Shown here in pieces: positions 40,632 through 50,655 of a stretch of DNA of 64,000 nucleotides. Positions within the stretch are counted from its first letter, which is position 1. Each line of letters starts with the position of its first letter. Origin of the DNA: an uncultured Chloroflexia bacterium (GTDB taxonomy: Bacteria > Chloroflexota > Limnocylindria > Limnocylindrales > CSP1-4). The stretch covers positions 1,856,001 to 1,920,000 of the forward strand of contig CAWEZH010000002.1 in assembly GCA_963813535.1 (NCBI GenBank), read 5' to 3'. Under the pieces are notes generated by a model that saw nothing but the letters and a program-made list of their open reading frames with translations, was not told the origin of the DNA and did not search any database. A program made the position numbers and the translations under genes.

Positions 40632-41092
40632 ACCGACTTCAGCGCCTCGAACGGCTGGCGGCACCCACGGCAGTAGAACAGTGACCGGCACTGGGTCGGG
40701 CCGAACGCGCTGTCCATGACGACGTCGGCGCTGTCGCAGAGCGGGCAACGCATCCGGCTGGGGTCATCCGGCGGTGCGATCCCGGCCTGTCGGAGGGCGG
40801 CCCGGCCGGCGGTCGAGATGCGGTCCGATGTCCACGGCACCTCGAACGTGGTCTCGACCCGGACCGGCCGATCGAACCGCTCCGACAGGGTATCGGCGAT
40901 CGAGGTGCGGATCACGTCCAGGGCCGGGCAGCCGACGAATGTCGGCAGGATCGCGACATCGATCGCGTCGGGGCGGATGGCGACACGGTGCACGATGCCG
41001 AGGTCGACCACCGACAGGACGGGGATCTCCGGGTCGGGCACGGTCGCGAGCACCGCGCGGACATCCCGCTCCGATGGCCCGGCGTCGATCAC
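40628..41092 (-). CDS. paaD: Phenylacetyl-CoA epoxidase maturation subunit PaaD
   Basis: DPEIPVLSVVDLG, PTFVGCPA, CPLC..FGPTQCR..CRGCRQPFE. Confidence 0.93.
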   Translation of the reverse strand: MIDAGPSERDVRAVLATVPDPEIPVLSVVDLGIVHRVAIRPDAIDVAILPTFVGCPALDVIRTSIADTLSERFDRPVRVETTFEVPWTSDRISTAGRAALRQAGIAPPDDPSRMRCPLCDSADVVMDSAFGPTQCRSLFYCRGCRQPFEALKSV

Positions 41093-41853
41093 CACGTGGC
41101 CGCTGGATCGCTGTGTCGCACAGCCGTGAACTCGCCCCACAACCAGCGGAACGGCTCGCCGTGATCGGTCCGGCCAGACCACGGATCGATCGTCGCAGGG
41201 GCTAGCGGGAGCCCCAGTCGCTCGAACACCGGCTCGACGCGTGCTCGCCAGGTGCGCTCCAGGTCGGCCATCGGGCGGGCGAGCACCCCAACCTCGACGA
41301 GCGCGCCTTCCCCACTCAACGGCGTGAACACCGTCCCGGCATGGGGTCCGAGGGTGTCGAGGGCGACCAGCAGGCGCTCACGCGGCTCGCCGTCCGCGAC
41401 GGCCAAACGCTCGAGCCACGAACTGATGTGCATCTCGTGATAGCGCTCCTCGCGACGGAGCTTGGCGACCAGGTCGGCCAGCGGCGCCCAGGAACCGTCG
41501 ACGAGCGCCTCGAGTCGCACGGCGTCTGCGGTCTCGTACAGGTAGCGGCGCGCGATGGTCATCGCCCAGTCGCCGCGCCCGTGGTCGAGCAGGCGAGCGT
41601 GCCGGTACTCCGCGGGCTGGCGATCGTAGGCGATGGCGTCGGCGTCACCGGCGGTCGTCCGCGCGAGCAGCTCGTATAGGGCGGCGGCGTGGCCCAGCTC
41701 GTCCTGGGACAGCGAGCTCATCGCCACGTCCTCTTCAAGCAGCGGCGCGATCCCGGTCCACTCGGAATCGCTGAAGCCGATGACGAACTCGTCGTCGGCC
41801 ATGGTCAGCAGGAGCTCATCCAGACCGACGATGGCCGGTATCGCCGTGCTCAT
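41089..41853 (-). CDS. paaC: Phenylacetyl-CoA epoxidase subunit PaaC
   Basis: ADDE, APLLEEDVA, DELGHA, EERYH. Confidence 0.92.
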   Translation of the reverse strand: MSTAIPAIVGLDELLLTMADDEFVIGFSDSEWTGIAPLLEEDVAMSSLSQDELGHAAALYELLARTTAGDADAIAYDRQPAEYRHARLLDHGRGDWAMTIARRYLYETADAVRLEALVDGSWAPLADLVAKLRREERYHEMHISSWLERLAVADGEPRERLLVALDTLGPHAGTVFTPLSGEGALVEVGVLARPMADLERTWRARVEPVFERLGLPLAPATIDPWSGRTDHGEPFRWLWGEFTAVRHSDPAATW

Positions 41854-42185
41854 CGGTTGCGCGCCTTCGGTTTCGCCTGACCCGCCGCCTCCCGCGCGGC
41901 GGCCAGCTTGTCGCGCATCACGTAGCCGCCGGGCTTCTTGAAGGACCGGTCGAGCGGCGGCTGGAGCAGGTCGGGGTCCTCCAGGTCGATGATGTCGGCA
42001 CGGCGGACGACCCACAGACGGACGCTCTCCTGACGACGGCCGTACATCTCGCGGGCGTAGTGGGTGGCGAGCTCGGCGTCGGGCGCCATGACGCTGCCCC
42101 CGTGCCGCATCGGGTCGCCTTCCTTCTCCTGCCGGAAGACCTCCCAGGCCTCGATCTCGGGGCCGCCCGCCCCGTCGTCCTTCAC
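41850..42185 (-). CDS. paaB: Phenylacetyl-CoA epoxidase subunit PaaB
   Basis: WEVF..HGGSVMAPDAELA..ARE..RRQE..LWVV. Confidence 0.9.
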   Translation of the reverse strand: MKDDGAGGPEIEAWEVFRQEKEGDPMRHGGSVMAPDAELATHYAREMYGRRQESVRLWVVRRADIIDLEDPDLLQPPLDRSFKKPGGYVMRDKLAAAREAAGQAKPKARNR

Positions 42186-43180
42186 GCCGCGACGGCGGGC
42201 ACGCCCAGGATCGCCTCGCGCACCCACCTCGTCTCTTCACGGGCGAGCCGGCGGAACTCGAGCCGGGCCTCCGACATGGGCCCGTGGTTGGTGACCACCG
42301 TTCGGAGCTCGTTCCAGTCGGGCTCGGTGTAGCGCCACTCCCCCGCGTCCTCGTCGAACACGAGCTCAGGGTCGGGGATGACGAGTCCGAGCTCGCGGAT
42401 GCGCGGCACGTAGATCGTCAGGAACTCCTGCCGCAGCTCTTCGGACGACTTGGCCTTGATGCGCCAGCGCAGGTCCATGTCCTTCTCGCGTGGTGTCCGC
42501 GGACCGTGCATCTGCATCAACGGTCCCCACCACCGGTCGAGGGCGTCCTGGATGGCGGCGCGCTGGCCCGGCGTGCCCGTGACCATCGTCACCACGACGT
42601 CGCGACCGTGCATGATGTGGACCGACTCTTCCCAGCAGATCTTGCGCATCGTCCGGGCGTACGGCGCATAACTCGAGTCGCGCAGTGCCTGCTGGGCCAC
42701 GATCGCCGCCGCATCGACGAGCCAGGCGATCATCCCCACGTCGGCCCAGCCGACGGTCGGGTAATGGAAGACGTTGTGGAACTTCGTCTTGCCCGCCAGA
42801 AGGTCGTCGAACATCGCCTCGCGCGGCTTGCCGAGGTCCTCCGCGATCCGGTAGAGGAGCTGGGCGTGACCGACCTCGTCCTGCACCTTGGCCGTCAGCG
42901 CGAGCTTTCGCTTCAGGGTCGGTGCGCGCATGAGCCACTCGCGCTCGGGGAGGACGCCCATCAGCTCGGAGTTGGCGTGCATCTCGACGAACCGCAGGAC
43001 GGCCGTGCGGTACTCGTCGGGCATCGCGTCGACCGCCTCGACCTTGCCGCCATCCATGACGTGCGACTCGAATCGCTCGAACCACGCGTCGTAGGCCTCG
43101 TCGTGCGCGCGGACCGGCGCGCCACCGCTCGAGCGTTCTGACGGCGACAGGACCGGATCGAGCGCCAATGGGTCGGTCAT
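42182..43180 (-). CDS. paaA: Phenylacetyl-CoA epoxidase catalytic subunit PaaA
   Basis: HANSELMG, RAPTLKRK, KVQDEVGH, YAPYAR, EESVH. Confidence 0.95.
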   Translation of the reverse strand: MTDPLALDPVLSPSERSSGGAPVRAHDEAYDAWFERFESHVMDGGKVEAVDAMPDEYRTAVLRFVEMHANSELMGVLPEREWLMRAPTLKRKLALTAKVQDEVGHAQLLYRIAEDLGKPREAMFDDLLAGKTKFHNVFHYPTVGWADVGMIAWLVDAAAIVAQQALRDSSYAPYARTMRKICWEESVHIMHGRDVVVTMVTGTPGQRAAIQDALDRWWGPLMQMHGPRTPREKDMDLRWRIKAKSSEELRQEFLTIYVPRIRELGLVIPDPELVFDEDAGEWRYTEPDWNELRTVVTNHGPMSEARLEFRRLAREETRWVREAILGVPAVAA

Positions 43181-43211
43181 GGCATCAGCCTACGCCCATG
43201 GGCCTGTGTCG

Positions 43212-43991
43212 TCAGGAGCCCGTGAAACGCGGCGGGCGCTTCTCGCGGAAGGCGGCCAAGCCTTCGGCGTGATCGGCAGACGCTCCGGCGATGCCCTGCA
43301 GTTTGGCTTCGCCCTCGAGGGCCTCGTCGAGGTCGATCGTCAGCGAGCGCTGCAATGCGCTCTTCGCGAGCGACAGTGCGAGCGGCGCACCCTGAGCGAG
43401 CCGATCGGCCAGAGCGCGCGCTTCGGCCATCAGTCGATCGCCCGGCACGACACGCGAGACGAGTCCGAGACGGAGCGCCTCGGCGGCATCGACCGGGTCG
43501 CCGATGAGGGCCAGCTCGGCCGCCTTCGCCGATCCGACCAGCCGTGGCAGGAACCACGTCGCGCCGCTGTCGGGGACGAGCCCGATCCGTCCGAATGCGA
43601 GGACGAATCGCGCATCGTCCGCCGCGAGTCGGATATCGCAGGCGAAGGCGAGCGACGCACCGGCCCCCGCCGCAACGCCGTTGACGGCCGCGATCACCGG
43701 CTGGTCCATCGACCTGAGCGTCCGGATGATGGGGTTGTACCGCTCGCGGACCTCGACCTCGAGGGGAGCCGCGTCGGGCTGCTCTCGCTCCGCCAGGTCC
43801 TGGCCGGCGCAGAAGGCGCGACCGGCACCAGTCAGGATGACGGCCCGCACGGAACGATCCGCCGCGAGCGACGCCAACGCCTCCCGGAGGGCGACCTTGA
43901 CCGGCACGGTGAGCGCGTTCAGCGAGTCCGGCCGGTCCAGCGTGAGGGTCGCGACCGGCCCGTCGACCTCGACGCGCAGGCCTTCGGTCAC
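43212..43991 (-). CDS. paaG: Enoyl-CoA hydratase/isomerase, PaaG-like
   Basis: AFCAGQDL, YNPII, AAGAG, IGLVPDSG. Confidence 0.88.
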   Translation of the reverse strand: MTEGLRVEVDGPVATLTLDRPDSLNALTVPVKVALREALASLAADRSVRAVILTGAGRAFCAGQDLAEREQPDAAPLEVEVRERYNPIIRTLRSMDQPVIAAVNGVAAGAGASLAFACDIRLAADDARFVLAFGRIGLVPDSGATWFLPRLVGSAKAAELALIGDPVDAAEALRLGLVSRVVPGDRLMAEARALADRLAQGAPLALSLAKSALQRSLTIDLDEALEGEAKLQGIAGASADHAEGLAAFREKRPPRFTGS

Positions 43992-44008
43992 CGAGTGACG
44001 CTCGCCGA

Positions 44009-44797
44009 TCAGGTGAACTCGACCAATCGGCCGTCGACCAGCTCGAACAGTCGTCGATCGACGGGCTCGTCCGCGCCGCCCGACTGCTCGATCGCGAACT
44101 CGCTGAACATCGCAGCGAAACCGGCATCATCGGGACGCAGCGCCGCCGCGGCGAGCACGTGGCGCTCCGGGATGGCGACGAGCACGCGCCCGTCCCCGCC
44201 GAGCTCTCGCGTGAGGTGTTCGATCGTCTCCGGCAGCAGGATGCGCACGGCGTCGAGGCCGTCACCCGTGTCCGAGCTGATCAGCCGTCGATCACCGTCC
44301 CGCTCGTCGGTCCACGGGGCGCTCGCAGCCCACGCTCCCAGGTTGGCCATCGCGGCATCCTGCAGCTCGCTCGGCTCGATGCCCCACGACAACAGATGGT
44401 CGCCGTTCACCACGATGTCGAACCCGTCGGCCGGCAAGGTGTACACCACGGGGATCCCGGCCGGGCCCATGTCGAGCAACGGCTGGGAGTGACTCTGCAT
44501 CGAGTGCTGCGCGAGCGAGTCGCGATCGACCGACTCGATCGGGAGGCCGGCCGTCCCGACCGGCCGGAACGCGGGTCGCACGAGCGGGCGCGCCAGGCCC
44601 CAATCGTGCTCCGGCGCGTCGATGGCCGAACCCGCCGACTCCGGCGTCGGGACGTGGCCGCTGACCGGCGAGGTCTCGTCGATGGGCGAGAGGATGTCCG
44701 GCGGGGCGTCGCGGATGGCCGGTGGTGGCTCGTCAGCGAGGTCGCGGACGGTGTCGCGCCCCACGTCCCTTCCGCCCTCGTTCGGGTCACGCTCCAT
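44009..44797 (-). CDS. Hypothetical protein, DUF1444/YtpQ-like
   Basis: LLSWGIEPSELQDAAMANL..DTGDGLDAVRILLP..VLVAIPERHVL. Confidence 0.7.
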   Translation of the reverse strand: MERDPNEGGRDVGRDTVRDLADEPPPAIRDAPPDILSPIDETSPVSGHVPTPESAGSAIDAPEHDWGLARPLVRPAFRPVGTAGLPIESVDRDSLAQHSMQSHSQPLLDMGPAGIPVVYTLPADGFDIVVNGDHLLSWGIEPSELQDAAMANLGAWAASAPWTDERDGDRRLISSDTGDGLDAVRILLPETIEHLTRELGGDGRVLVAIPERHVLAAAALRPDDAGFAAMFSEFAIEQSGGADEPVDRRLFELVDGRLVEFT

Positions 44798-44830
44798 CGT
44801 CGTTGGTCCTCCCTCGAAGCCTGGGCCCGG

Positions 44831-45634
44831 TCATCTGCCGGTCCAGGTCGGTGGTCGTTTCTCCTGGAATGCGCGCATCCCTTCGCGCTGGTCGTCGGTC
44901 GCAAAGAGGTCGAAGAATGCCTCACGCTCGGCGCGGAGGCCGGCGCTCAGCGGCAGCTCGGCCGCCGCGAGCACGGAACGTTTGGCGGCACGCACCGCGA
45001 GCGGCGGCATCGCTGCGATGCGGTCGCCGAGCTCGAGCGCCGCATCGACGACATCCGCCGCCGGCGCGATCGACGTCACGAGGCCGGTCGCGTGCGCCTC
45101 GGCCGCGCCCATCGTCCGACCCGTCAGCACCAGCTCCATGGCGCGTGCCAGCCCGACGGCCCGTGTCAGCCGCTGGGTCCCGCCGGCGCCGGGCATGACG
45201 CCGATGCGGATCTCCGGCTGACCGAACTGCGCGTCGTCACCCGCGACGATGAGGTCGCACGTCATGGCCAGCTCGCAGCCACCACCCAGCGCGAAGCCGC
45301 GGACCGCGGCGATGAGGGGGATACCGATCGCGCCGAGCCTGTCCCACGCGTCGAAGTTGCCCTCGGATCGCAGACGCTCAGGGGTCTGGTCGGCCAGCTC
45401 GACGATGTCGGCGCCCGCCGCGAAGGCCCGGTCGCCCGCGCCCGTGATGACCACGACACGCGTCAGGCCATCCCGATCCATCTTCTCGAGCTCGTCGGCC
45501 AACTCGGCCAGCAGCGTGAAGCTCAGCGCATTGCGCGCCTCGGGTCGGTCGATCGTCGCCAGCGCCACGCCGGTGTGGCCCTCGACCGGGGCATCGACGC
45601 GGATGAAGCGGGTCGTCGGCATGGCGTCGGTCAC
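44831..45634 (-). CDS. paaF: Enoyl-CoA hydratase, PaaF-like
   Basis: AFAAGADI, ALGGGCELA, FGQPE, PGAGGTQRL; GAGGAG SD. Confidence 0.88.
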   Translation of the reverse strand: MTDAMPTTRFIRVDAPVEGHTGVALATIDRPEARNALSFTLLAELADELEKMDRDGLTRVVVITGAGDRAFAAGADIVELADQTPERLRSEGNFDAWDRLGAIGIPLIAAVRGFALGGGCELAMTCDLIVAGDDAQFGQPEIRIGVMPGAGGTQRLTRAVGLARAMELVLTGRTMGAAEAHATGLVTSIAPAADVVDAALELGDRIAAMPPLAVRAAKRSVLAAAELPLSAGLRAEREAFFDLFATDDQREGMRAFQEKRPPTWTGR

Positions 45635-45730
45635 GCGCACTCCTCGCGGCTCGTCGGGCAAGTATCCACGACCCGGGAAGTCGGCACCGGGCGTCCAACC
45701 GCGTTGCGGGCCACGACGGCGGCCTCTGTC

Positions 45731-46057
45731 TCAGCCGTTCAGGTCGTCCGCATCCTCGAGGACCAGCAGCGTCGCGAGTCCGGGCGCGATCTCGCGCAGG
45801 CTGCGGCCGGCAGCGCGCATCGCATCCGATGCCAGGCCGGCGTCGAGTGCCGCGCGGTCATCGAACTGCATCGCCGTGACCATGACGAGGTCAGTCTCGC
45901 CCCCGAGCGCCTCGGCGACCCGACGGACGTCCGTGGAGCGGAGACCGGGCGTCTGTGCGACCAGCGGCAGGTGCTCTGCCGCGTATCGCCGCTCGAACTC
46001 GGCGAGGGCCGGCTCGCCACCCTCGGGACGGCGGTACAAGGCGAGGAGCGTCGTCAT
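45731..46057 (-). CDS. EthD-family protein
   Basis: ALYRRP..FERRY..EHLPLV..PGL..F; GGAGG SD and ATGA overlap. Confidence 0.85.
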   Translation of the reverse strand: MTTLLALYRRPEGGEPALAEFERRYAAEHLPLVAQTPGLRSTDVRRVAEALGGETDLVMVTAMQFDDRAALDAGLASDAMRAAGRSLREIAPGLATLLVLEDADDLNG

Positions 46058-46860
46058 GTCGGGACCTCCGTGGTCAGTGGCTCGTGGGCGCGGGCGCGCG
46101 CGATGGACTCGGTCGACCGGTAGAAGTCGGTGAGCGCAGCCTCGAGGAGTGGCAGGTGCTCGCCCAGTGGATCATGGCCGACGTCGGGCAGCACGAGAAG
46201 GCGACCATCCTGGACCTGGCGCGCCAGCGCCGCTGCCTGGGGGATCGGCACGAACGGGTCGCGGTCACCGTCCACCACCAGCGTCGGCGCATCGATCGCC
46301 CGCAGGTCACGCGGCGTGAGCAGCGGTTGCGCCGCGATATCCGAGACGATCGCGTCGAGCAGTCGCCGCCAGCTGCCCGAACCGTGGGCGGGGTCGTGCC
46401 GGGCCGCCAGTCGGGCCGCCCATCCGGGATCCTCACGCTCGATGGTCTCGGTATCCATGAGCGCCCGCCCGACGGCCAGGCGGGGCTCGCGCTCGGGCCC
46501 GATGCTGATCGCCACCAGCGTCCTGATCCGATCGGGGAAGCGCGCGGCGTAGTGGAGCGCGGTCATCCCACCCATCGAATATCCGAGCAGGTGGAACGTG
46601 GTGAGCCCGACCGCATCGACGTACGCGTCGAGATCGGCCACCAGGTCAGTGGTGGTCCAGCTCTCGTTCGCGTCCCAGGCCGTCCCACCATGACCGCGCG
46701 CGTCCGGCATGTAGCAGCGGAATGCCTCCGCGAGCACGGGCCGGAGTCCCGCGAAGTGGTCGCCCCCGCTGCCGGTCGCACCATGGAGCAGCACGAGCGG
46801 CGGTCCGGCGCCGTCGACTTGGTAGGCGGTCACGCGTCCGTCGGCATCGATCGTCGGCAT
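46054..46860 (-). CDS. Alpha/beta hydrolase
   Basis: LLHG, DARGHG, GYSMGG nucleophile elbow, GDRD, GH. Confidence 0.92.
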   Translation of the reverse strand: MPTIDADGRVTAYQVDGAGPPLVLLHGATGSGGDHFAGLRPVLAEAFRCYMPDARGHGGTAWDANESWTTTDLVADLDAYVDAVGLTTFHLLGYSMGGMTALHYAARFPDRIRTLVAISIGPEREPRLAVGRALMDTETIEREDPGWAARLAARHDPAHGSGSWRRLLDAIVSDIAAQPLLTPRDLRAIDAPTLVVDGDRDPFVPIPQAAALARQVQDGRLLVLPDVGHDPLGEHLPLLEAALTDFYRSTESIARARAHEPLTTEVPT

Positions 46861-46894
46861 CGGGTCGGATGCTAGCCCAGCTATCCTCCGGCGG
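46861..46894. promoter_or_regulatory. Compact divergent promoter pair
   Basis: TAGCAT 46874-46869 (-), 8 nt to ATG 46860; TATCCT 46882-46887 (+), 7 nt to ATG 46895. Confidence 0.65.
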
Positions 46895-47809
46895 ATGCTC
46901 ACCCATCGACCGGCGGCCGATGTCGAGGACCTCTCGACCGCGGCGGCCCTGATGTCCGCCGCATGGCAGGCCGACGCCCCGCACGTCGCCGAGACGCCGG
47001 CGGCGATCGAGTGGTGGTACACGGTGACGTATCCGGATCCACTCGCCGACCACCTCCGGTTGTGGTTCGACGACGGCCGTCCGGTCGCCTGGACGTGGCA
47101 CGAGCCGCCGGAGCTCGAGTGCCACGTCTGGACCGGCGATGCCGATACCGAAGCGGAGGTCTTCGGGGCCATCATCCAGGCGGTCGACGCGGACGCCGGC
47201 GATGCCGAGCTGGCGGCGTTCGCGGCAGATGACGACCCCGCCGCGATCGACGCCCTCCGCGGACGTGGCTTCGAGCCGGCCGGTCGCATCCTGACGCAGT
47301 GGCAATTCGGTGTCGCTGACGGCGTCCCCGGGCCCGCGGTCATGCCCGAGGGCTACCGCATCCGAGGGCTCCGCGGGCCGGACGAATTCCCGGCCCGCGT
47401 CGACGTGCACCGCGCGGCGTTCCCGACCTCACGCCTGACGTCCGAGAAATACGGGCGGCTCCTGACCGTGCCCCATTACCGGTTGGACGACGACCTCGTC
47501 GTCGAGGCGTCCGATGGGGCGCTGGCCGCGTTCGCCCTGACCTGGTACGACCCGATCGGGCGGGTCGGCGAGCTCGAGCCGGTCGGGACGCATCCGGACC
47601 ACCAGCGGCGCGGCCTGTCGCGGGCGATCGTCACGGCCGGGGTCGACCGGCTGTTCGAGCGCGGTGCACGGACCGTCCAGGTCTATTCGGATGCCTCGGA
47701 GGCGCCGGCCGAAGCGCTCTACGCAGCGGCAGGCTTCCGTCGCCGGGCCACCCATCGCCGGTACACCATCCGGTCGCCGCGCTCCGCGGACGCTACGATC
47801 GACGCATGA
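46895..47809 (+). CDS. Tandem GNAT acetyltransferase
   Basis: EPVGTHPDHQRRGLSRA, ALYAAAGF. Confidence 0.88.
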   Translation: MLTHRPAADVEDLSTAAALMSAAWQADAPHVAETPAAIEWWYTVTYPDPLADHLRLWFDDGRPVAWTWHEPPELECHVWTGDADTEAEVFGAIIQAVDADAGDAELAAFAADDDPAAIDALRGRGFEPAGRILTQWQFGVADGVPGPAVMPEGYRIRGLRGPDEFPARVDVHRAAFPTSRLTSEKYGRLLTVPHYRLDDDLVVEASDGALAAFALTWYDPIGRVGELEPVGTHPDHQRRGLSRAIVTAGVDRLFERGARTVQVYSDASEAPAEALYAAAGFRRRATHRRYTIRSPRSADATIDA

Positions 47810-49215
47810 CCGACGATCGCGAGGGATCCAGGATCGAACGCGATTCGATGGGTGAGATGGCCGTCCCCGCGGACGCCCTGTACGGCGCGTCGACCCAACG
47901 TGCCGTCCTCAACTTCCCGATCTCCGGCCAGCGCTTCCCGCGGCGGTTCATCCGCGTCCTGGCGCTGATCAAGCTCGCCGCGGCGGACACGAACAGCGAG
48001 CTGGGTCTCCTCGACGCCGGCGTCGCGCGGGCGATCGCCGGCGCAGCAGCGACCGTCGCCGACGGCGACCACGACGACCAGTTCCCGATCGACATCTACC
48101 AGACGGGATCGGGCACATCGACCAATACGAACATGAACGAGGTCGTGGCCCACCTCGCGACTGCGCGGCTCGGCTCGGACCGGCGCGTCCATCCCAACGA
48201 CGACGTCAATCGCTGCCAGAGCTCCAACGACGACATCCCGACCGCTCTCCAGCTCAGCGCCGCGCTGGCCATCGAGGAGGCGCTCATCCCGGCGCTGGTG
48301 CATCTCCAGCGAGCCCTGGCCGCGAAGGCGGAGGAGTTCTGGCCCGTCGTCAAGACCGGCCGGACCCACCTCCAGGACGCGACGCCGATCCGACTCGGCC
48401 AGGAATTCGAGGGCTATGCCGGCCAGGTGGAGGAGGCCATCCGGCGGGTGCAGACCGCGCGCGACGAGCTGCTCACGGTGCCCCTCGGCGGGACGGCCGT
48501 CGGAACGGGCATCAACGCCCATCCCGAGTTCGCCGCTCGAACGTGCGCGCGGCTCACCGAGCTGCTGAACCTACCCGTCCGCGAAGCCCCGAACCACTTC
48601 CATGCGCAGGCGACGCTCGATGTCCCGATCGCGGCCCACGGCGCCGTCCGGACGACCGCACTGGGCCTGTGGAAGATCGCGTCGGACATCCGACTGATGG
48701 GTATGGGACCACGCGCGGGGATCGGGGAGCTGGCACTTCCCGAGACACAGCCCGGCTCGTCGATCATGCCCGGCAAGGTGAACCCGGTGATCATCGAGAG
48801 CCTGACGATGGTCACGGCGCGCGTCGTCGGCAACGACGCCACCATCGCGTTCGCCCAGACCGGCTCGTTGCTGGAGCTCAACGTGATGCTGCCGGTGACG
48901 GCCGTTTCGCTGCTCGAGTCGATCGAGCTGCTCGCCGCCGCGGCGCGGAACTTCGCCGATCGGACCGTGAGCGGACTTTCGGCCACGGGTCGCGGCCCCG
49001 CGCTGGTCGAGCAGGGGCTGATGCTGGCGACCGCGCTGGCGCCGGTGATCGGCTACGACGATGCGGCAGCTCTGGCCAAGGAGGCGCTCAAGTCGGGTCG
49101 GACGATCCGCGAGCTCGCGCTCGAGCGGGGCATGGCCGCCGACGATCTCGACCGTCTGCTGGACCCGGCCTCGATGACCGAGCCCGGTCTCGGGAGTGGC
49201 TCGGCCGGCGGCTGA
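47806..49215 (+). CDS. fumC: Class II fumarate hydratase
   Basis: RIERDSMGE, QTGSGTSTNTN, QSSND, GRTHLQDA, GSSIMPGKVNP. Confidence 0.93.
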   Translation: MTDDREGSRIERDSMGEMAVPADALYGASTQRAVLNFPISGQRFPRRFIRVLALIKLAAADTNSELGLLDAGVARAIAGAAATVADGDHDDQFPIDIYQTGSGTSTNTNMNEVVAHLATARLGSDRRVHPNDDVNRCQSSNDDIPTALQLSAALAIEEALIPALVHLQRALAAKAEEFWPVVKTGRTHLQDATPIRLGQEFEGYAGQVEEAIRRVQTARDELLTVPLGGTAVGTGINAHPEFAARTCARLTELLNLPVREAPNHFHAQATLDVPIAAHGAVRTTALGLWKIASDIRLMGMGPRAGIGELALPETQPGSSIMPGKVNPVIIESLTMVTARVVGNDATIAFAQTGSLLELNVMLPVTAVSLLESIELLAAAARNFADRTVSGLSATGRGPALVEQGLMLATALAPVIGYDDAAALAKEALKSGRTIRELALERGMAADDLDRLLDPASMTEPGLGSGSAGG

Positions 49216-49248
49216 ACCCTGCGGGCCGGATCCCGACGCGCCCGATCC

Positions 49249-50655
49249 CTACGGCGCCTGATCCAGGAGTCGTTCAGCCGCGTCGATCCCCGACAACCAC
49301 GCTCCGTGGACTGTCGATGGGAAGCGCACGCTGGTCGCCTCGCCGGCCAGCGTGAGGCGAGGGCCGAGTGGCTCGGCGAGCGCGGCCCTGTCCTCCGGCG
49401 ACGACCCGAGCCCCAGGAAGGAGTAGGCGCCCCGGGCCAGCGGATCCTTCCCCCAACGCGTGACGACCGCCGCCGACGGCCGTTCCGTCGACTCGGCGAC
49501 GACAGCGCGATACGCCGTGAGTGCCTCGGCGACGACGGTGGCGTCATCGAGCCGTTCCAGACGCCGTGCCTCGGATCCAGTGGCGAACCCGACGACGATC
49601 GGCTCGTTCGTGACCGGTTGGAGATCGATCCACTCGCGGAACGTCGGCTCGCCGACCCGGCCGAGCCAGTCGGCGCCACCCGGGAAATCACGCTCCGGGA
49701 AGCGCATGGCGACTTTCAGGAAGCTGCCCATGCCAAGCCGCCCGATCGCGTCGGCCACGGCTCCCGGCAGCGCCGGCCGGAACGTGACGTCGCCGGCCTT
49801 GAGGACGCCCAGCGGGAGCGTCACGATCGCCCGATCCACGGACAGCCGTCCGCCATCGGTCGTCACCACGACGGCTGCATCGGTCACCTCGATCGACGTC
49901 ACCCGCTGTCCGAGGCGGATGTCGAGGGTCTCCGCGATCGGGTCGAAGACGGAGCGATACCCGCCCTCGAGCATGACCCACAGCCCCTCGAGCGACTCGC
50001 CATCAAGCAGCGTCCTGACCGATAGCTCGGTCAGGTCGGCGGCGTGATCCGCGCCGATCTCGACGTCGGCCGCCCAGCGGAGGTATCGGTCGAGGAGCGC
50101 AGGATCGACGTCGGTCGGTGCGGGACCCGCAGCCTGCGTCGCGCGCTCCAGGGCGTCCGCGACGGGTTCATCGGCAGGACCGGATCCCGCGTGTCGTGTG
50201 ACGTCGCCCAGGACCGCCTGATATCTCGTCCACAACGGCTCCTCGTCCCGCCACGGCATGCGTCGCCCATCCTGGTCGTACGTCGCGAAGCGGTCGAACG
50301 ACGTCCGCGTGAACCGAGTGCCGGCCGCTCGCGCGAGCGGCACGAGCGGATTCCCCGTGGTGCCGTGGATCCACGACGCCCCGAGATCGAGCGGAGGTCC
50401 GAGCGCATCCGATGTCCAGGCACGTCCACCGATCCGGTCGCGGGCCTCGAGGACGGTGACGGTCTGCCCGGCCTCGGTCAATCGCCGCGCCGCCCCGAGA
50501 CCGGCCGCGCCGGCGCCGATGACGAGCGCAGTGCCGGGGACCGGATCCTGTCTGCGTGGCGTCGCGCAGCCCGCGAGGGCGAGGGCACCCGAGCCAAGCA
50601 CCGCTGCGCGGAGGAACGATCGTCGGTCCAGACAGAGGAGCGTTCGGGATGTCAA
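49249..50655 (-). CDS. Flavin monoamine/polyamine oxidase family, predicted Tat-exported lipoprotein
   Basis: DRRSFL Tat motif, LAGC lipobox, IGAGAAGL, EARDRIGGR, DLGASWIHG, GAYS, AGEAT, TVHGA. TTG start in a TTGA overlap. Confidence 0.9.
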   Translation of the reverse strand: MTSRTLLCLDRRSFLRAAVLGSGALALAGCATPRRQDPVPGTALVIGAGAAGLGAARRLTEAGQTVTVLEARDRIGGRAWTSDALGPPLDLGASWIHGTTGNPLVPLARAAGTRFTRTSFDRFATYDQDGRRMPWRDEEPLWTRYQAVLGDVTRHAGSGPADEPVADALERATQAAGPAPTDVDPALLDRYLRWAADVEIGADHAADLTELSVRTLLDGESLEGLWVMLEGGYRSVFDPIAETLDIRLGQRVTSIEVTDAAVVVTTDGGRLSVDRAIVTLPLGVLKAGDVTFRPALPGAVADAIGRLGMGSFLKVAMRFPERDFPGGADWLGRVGEPTFREWIDLQPVTNEPIVVGFATGSEARRLERLDDATVVAEALTAYRAVVAESTERPSAAVVTRWGKDPLARGAYSFLGLGSSPEDRAALAEPLGPRLTLAGEATSVRFPSTVHGAWLSGIDAAERLLDQAP

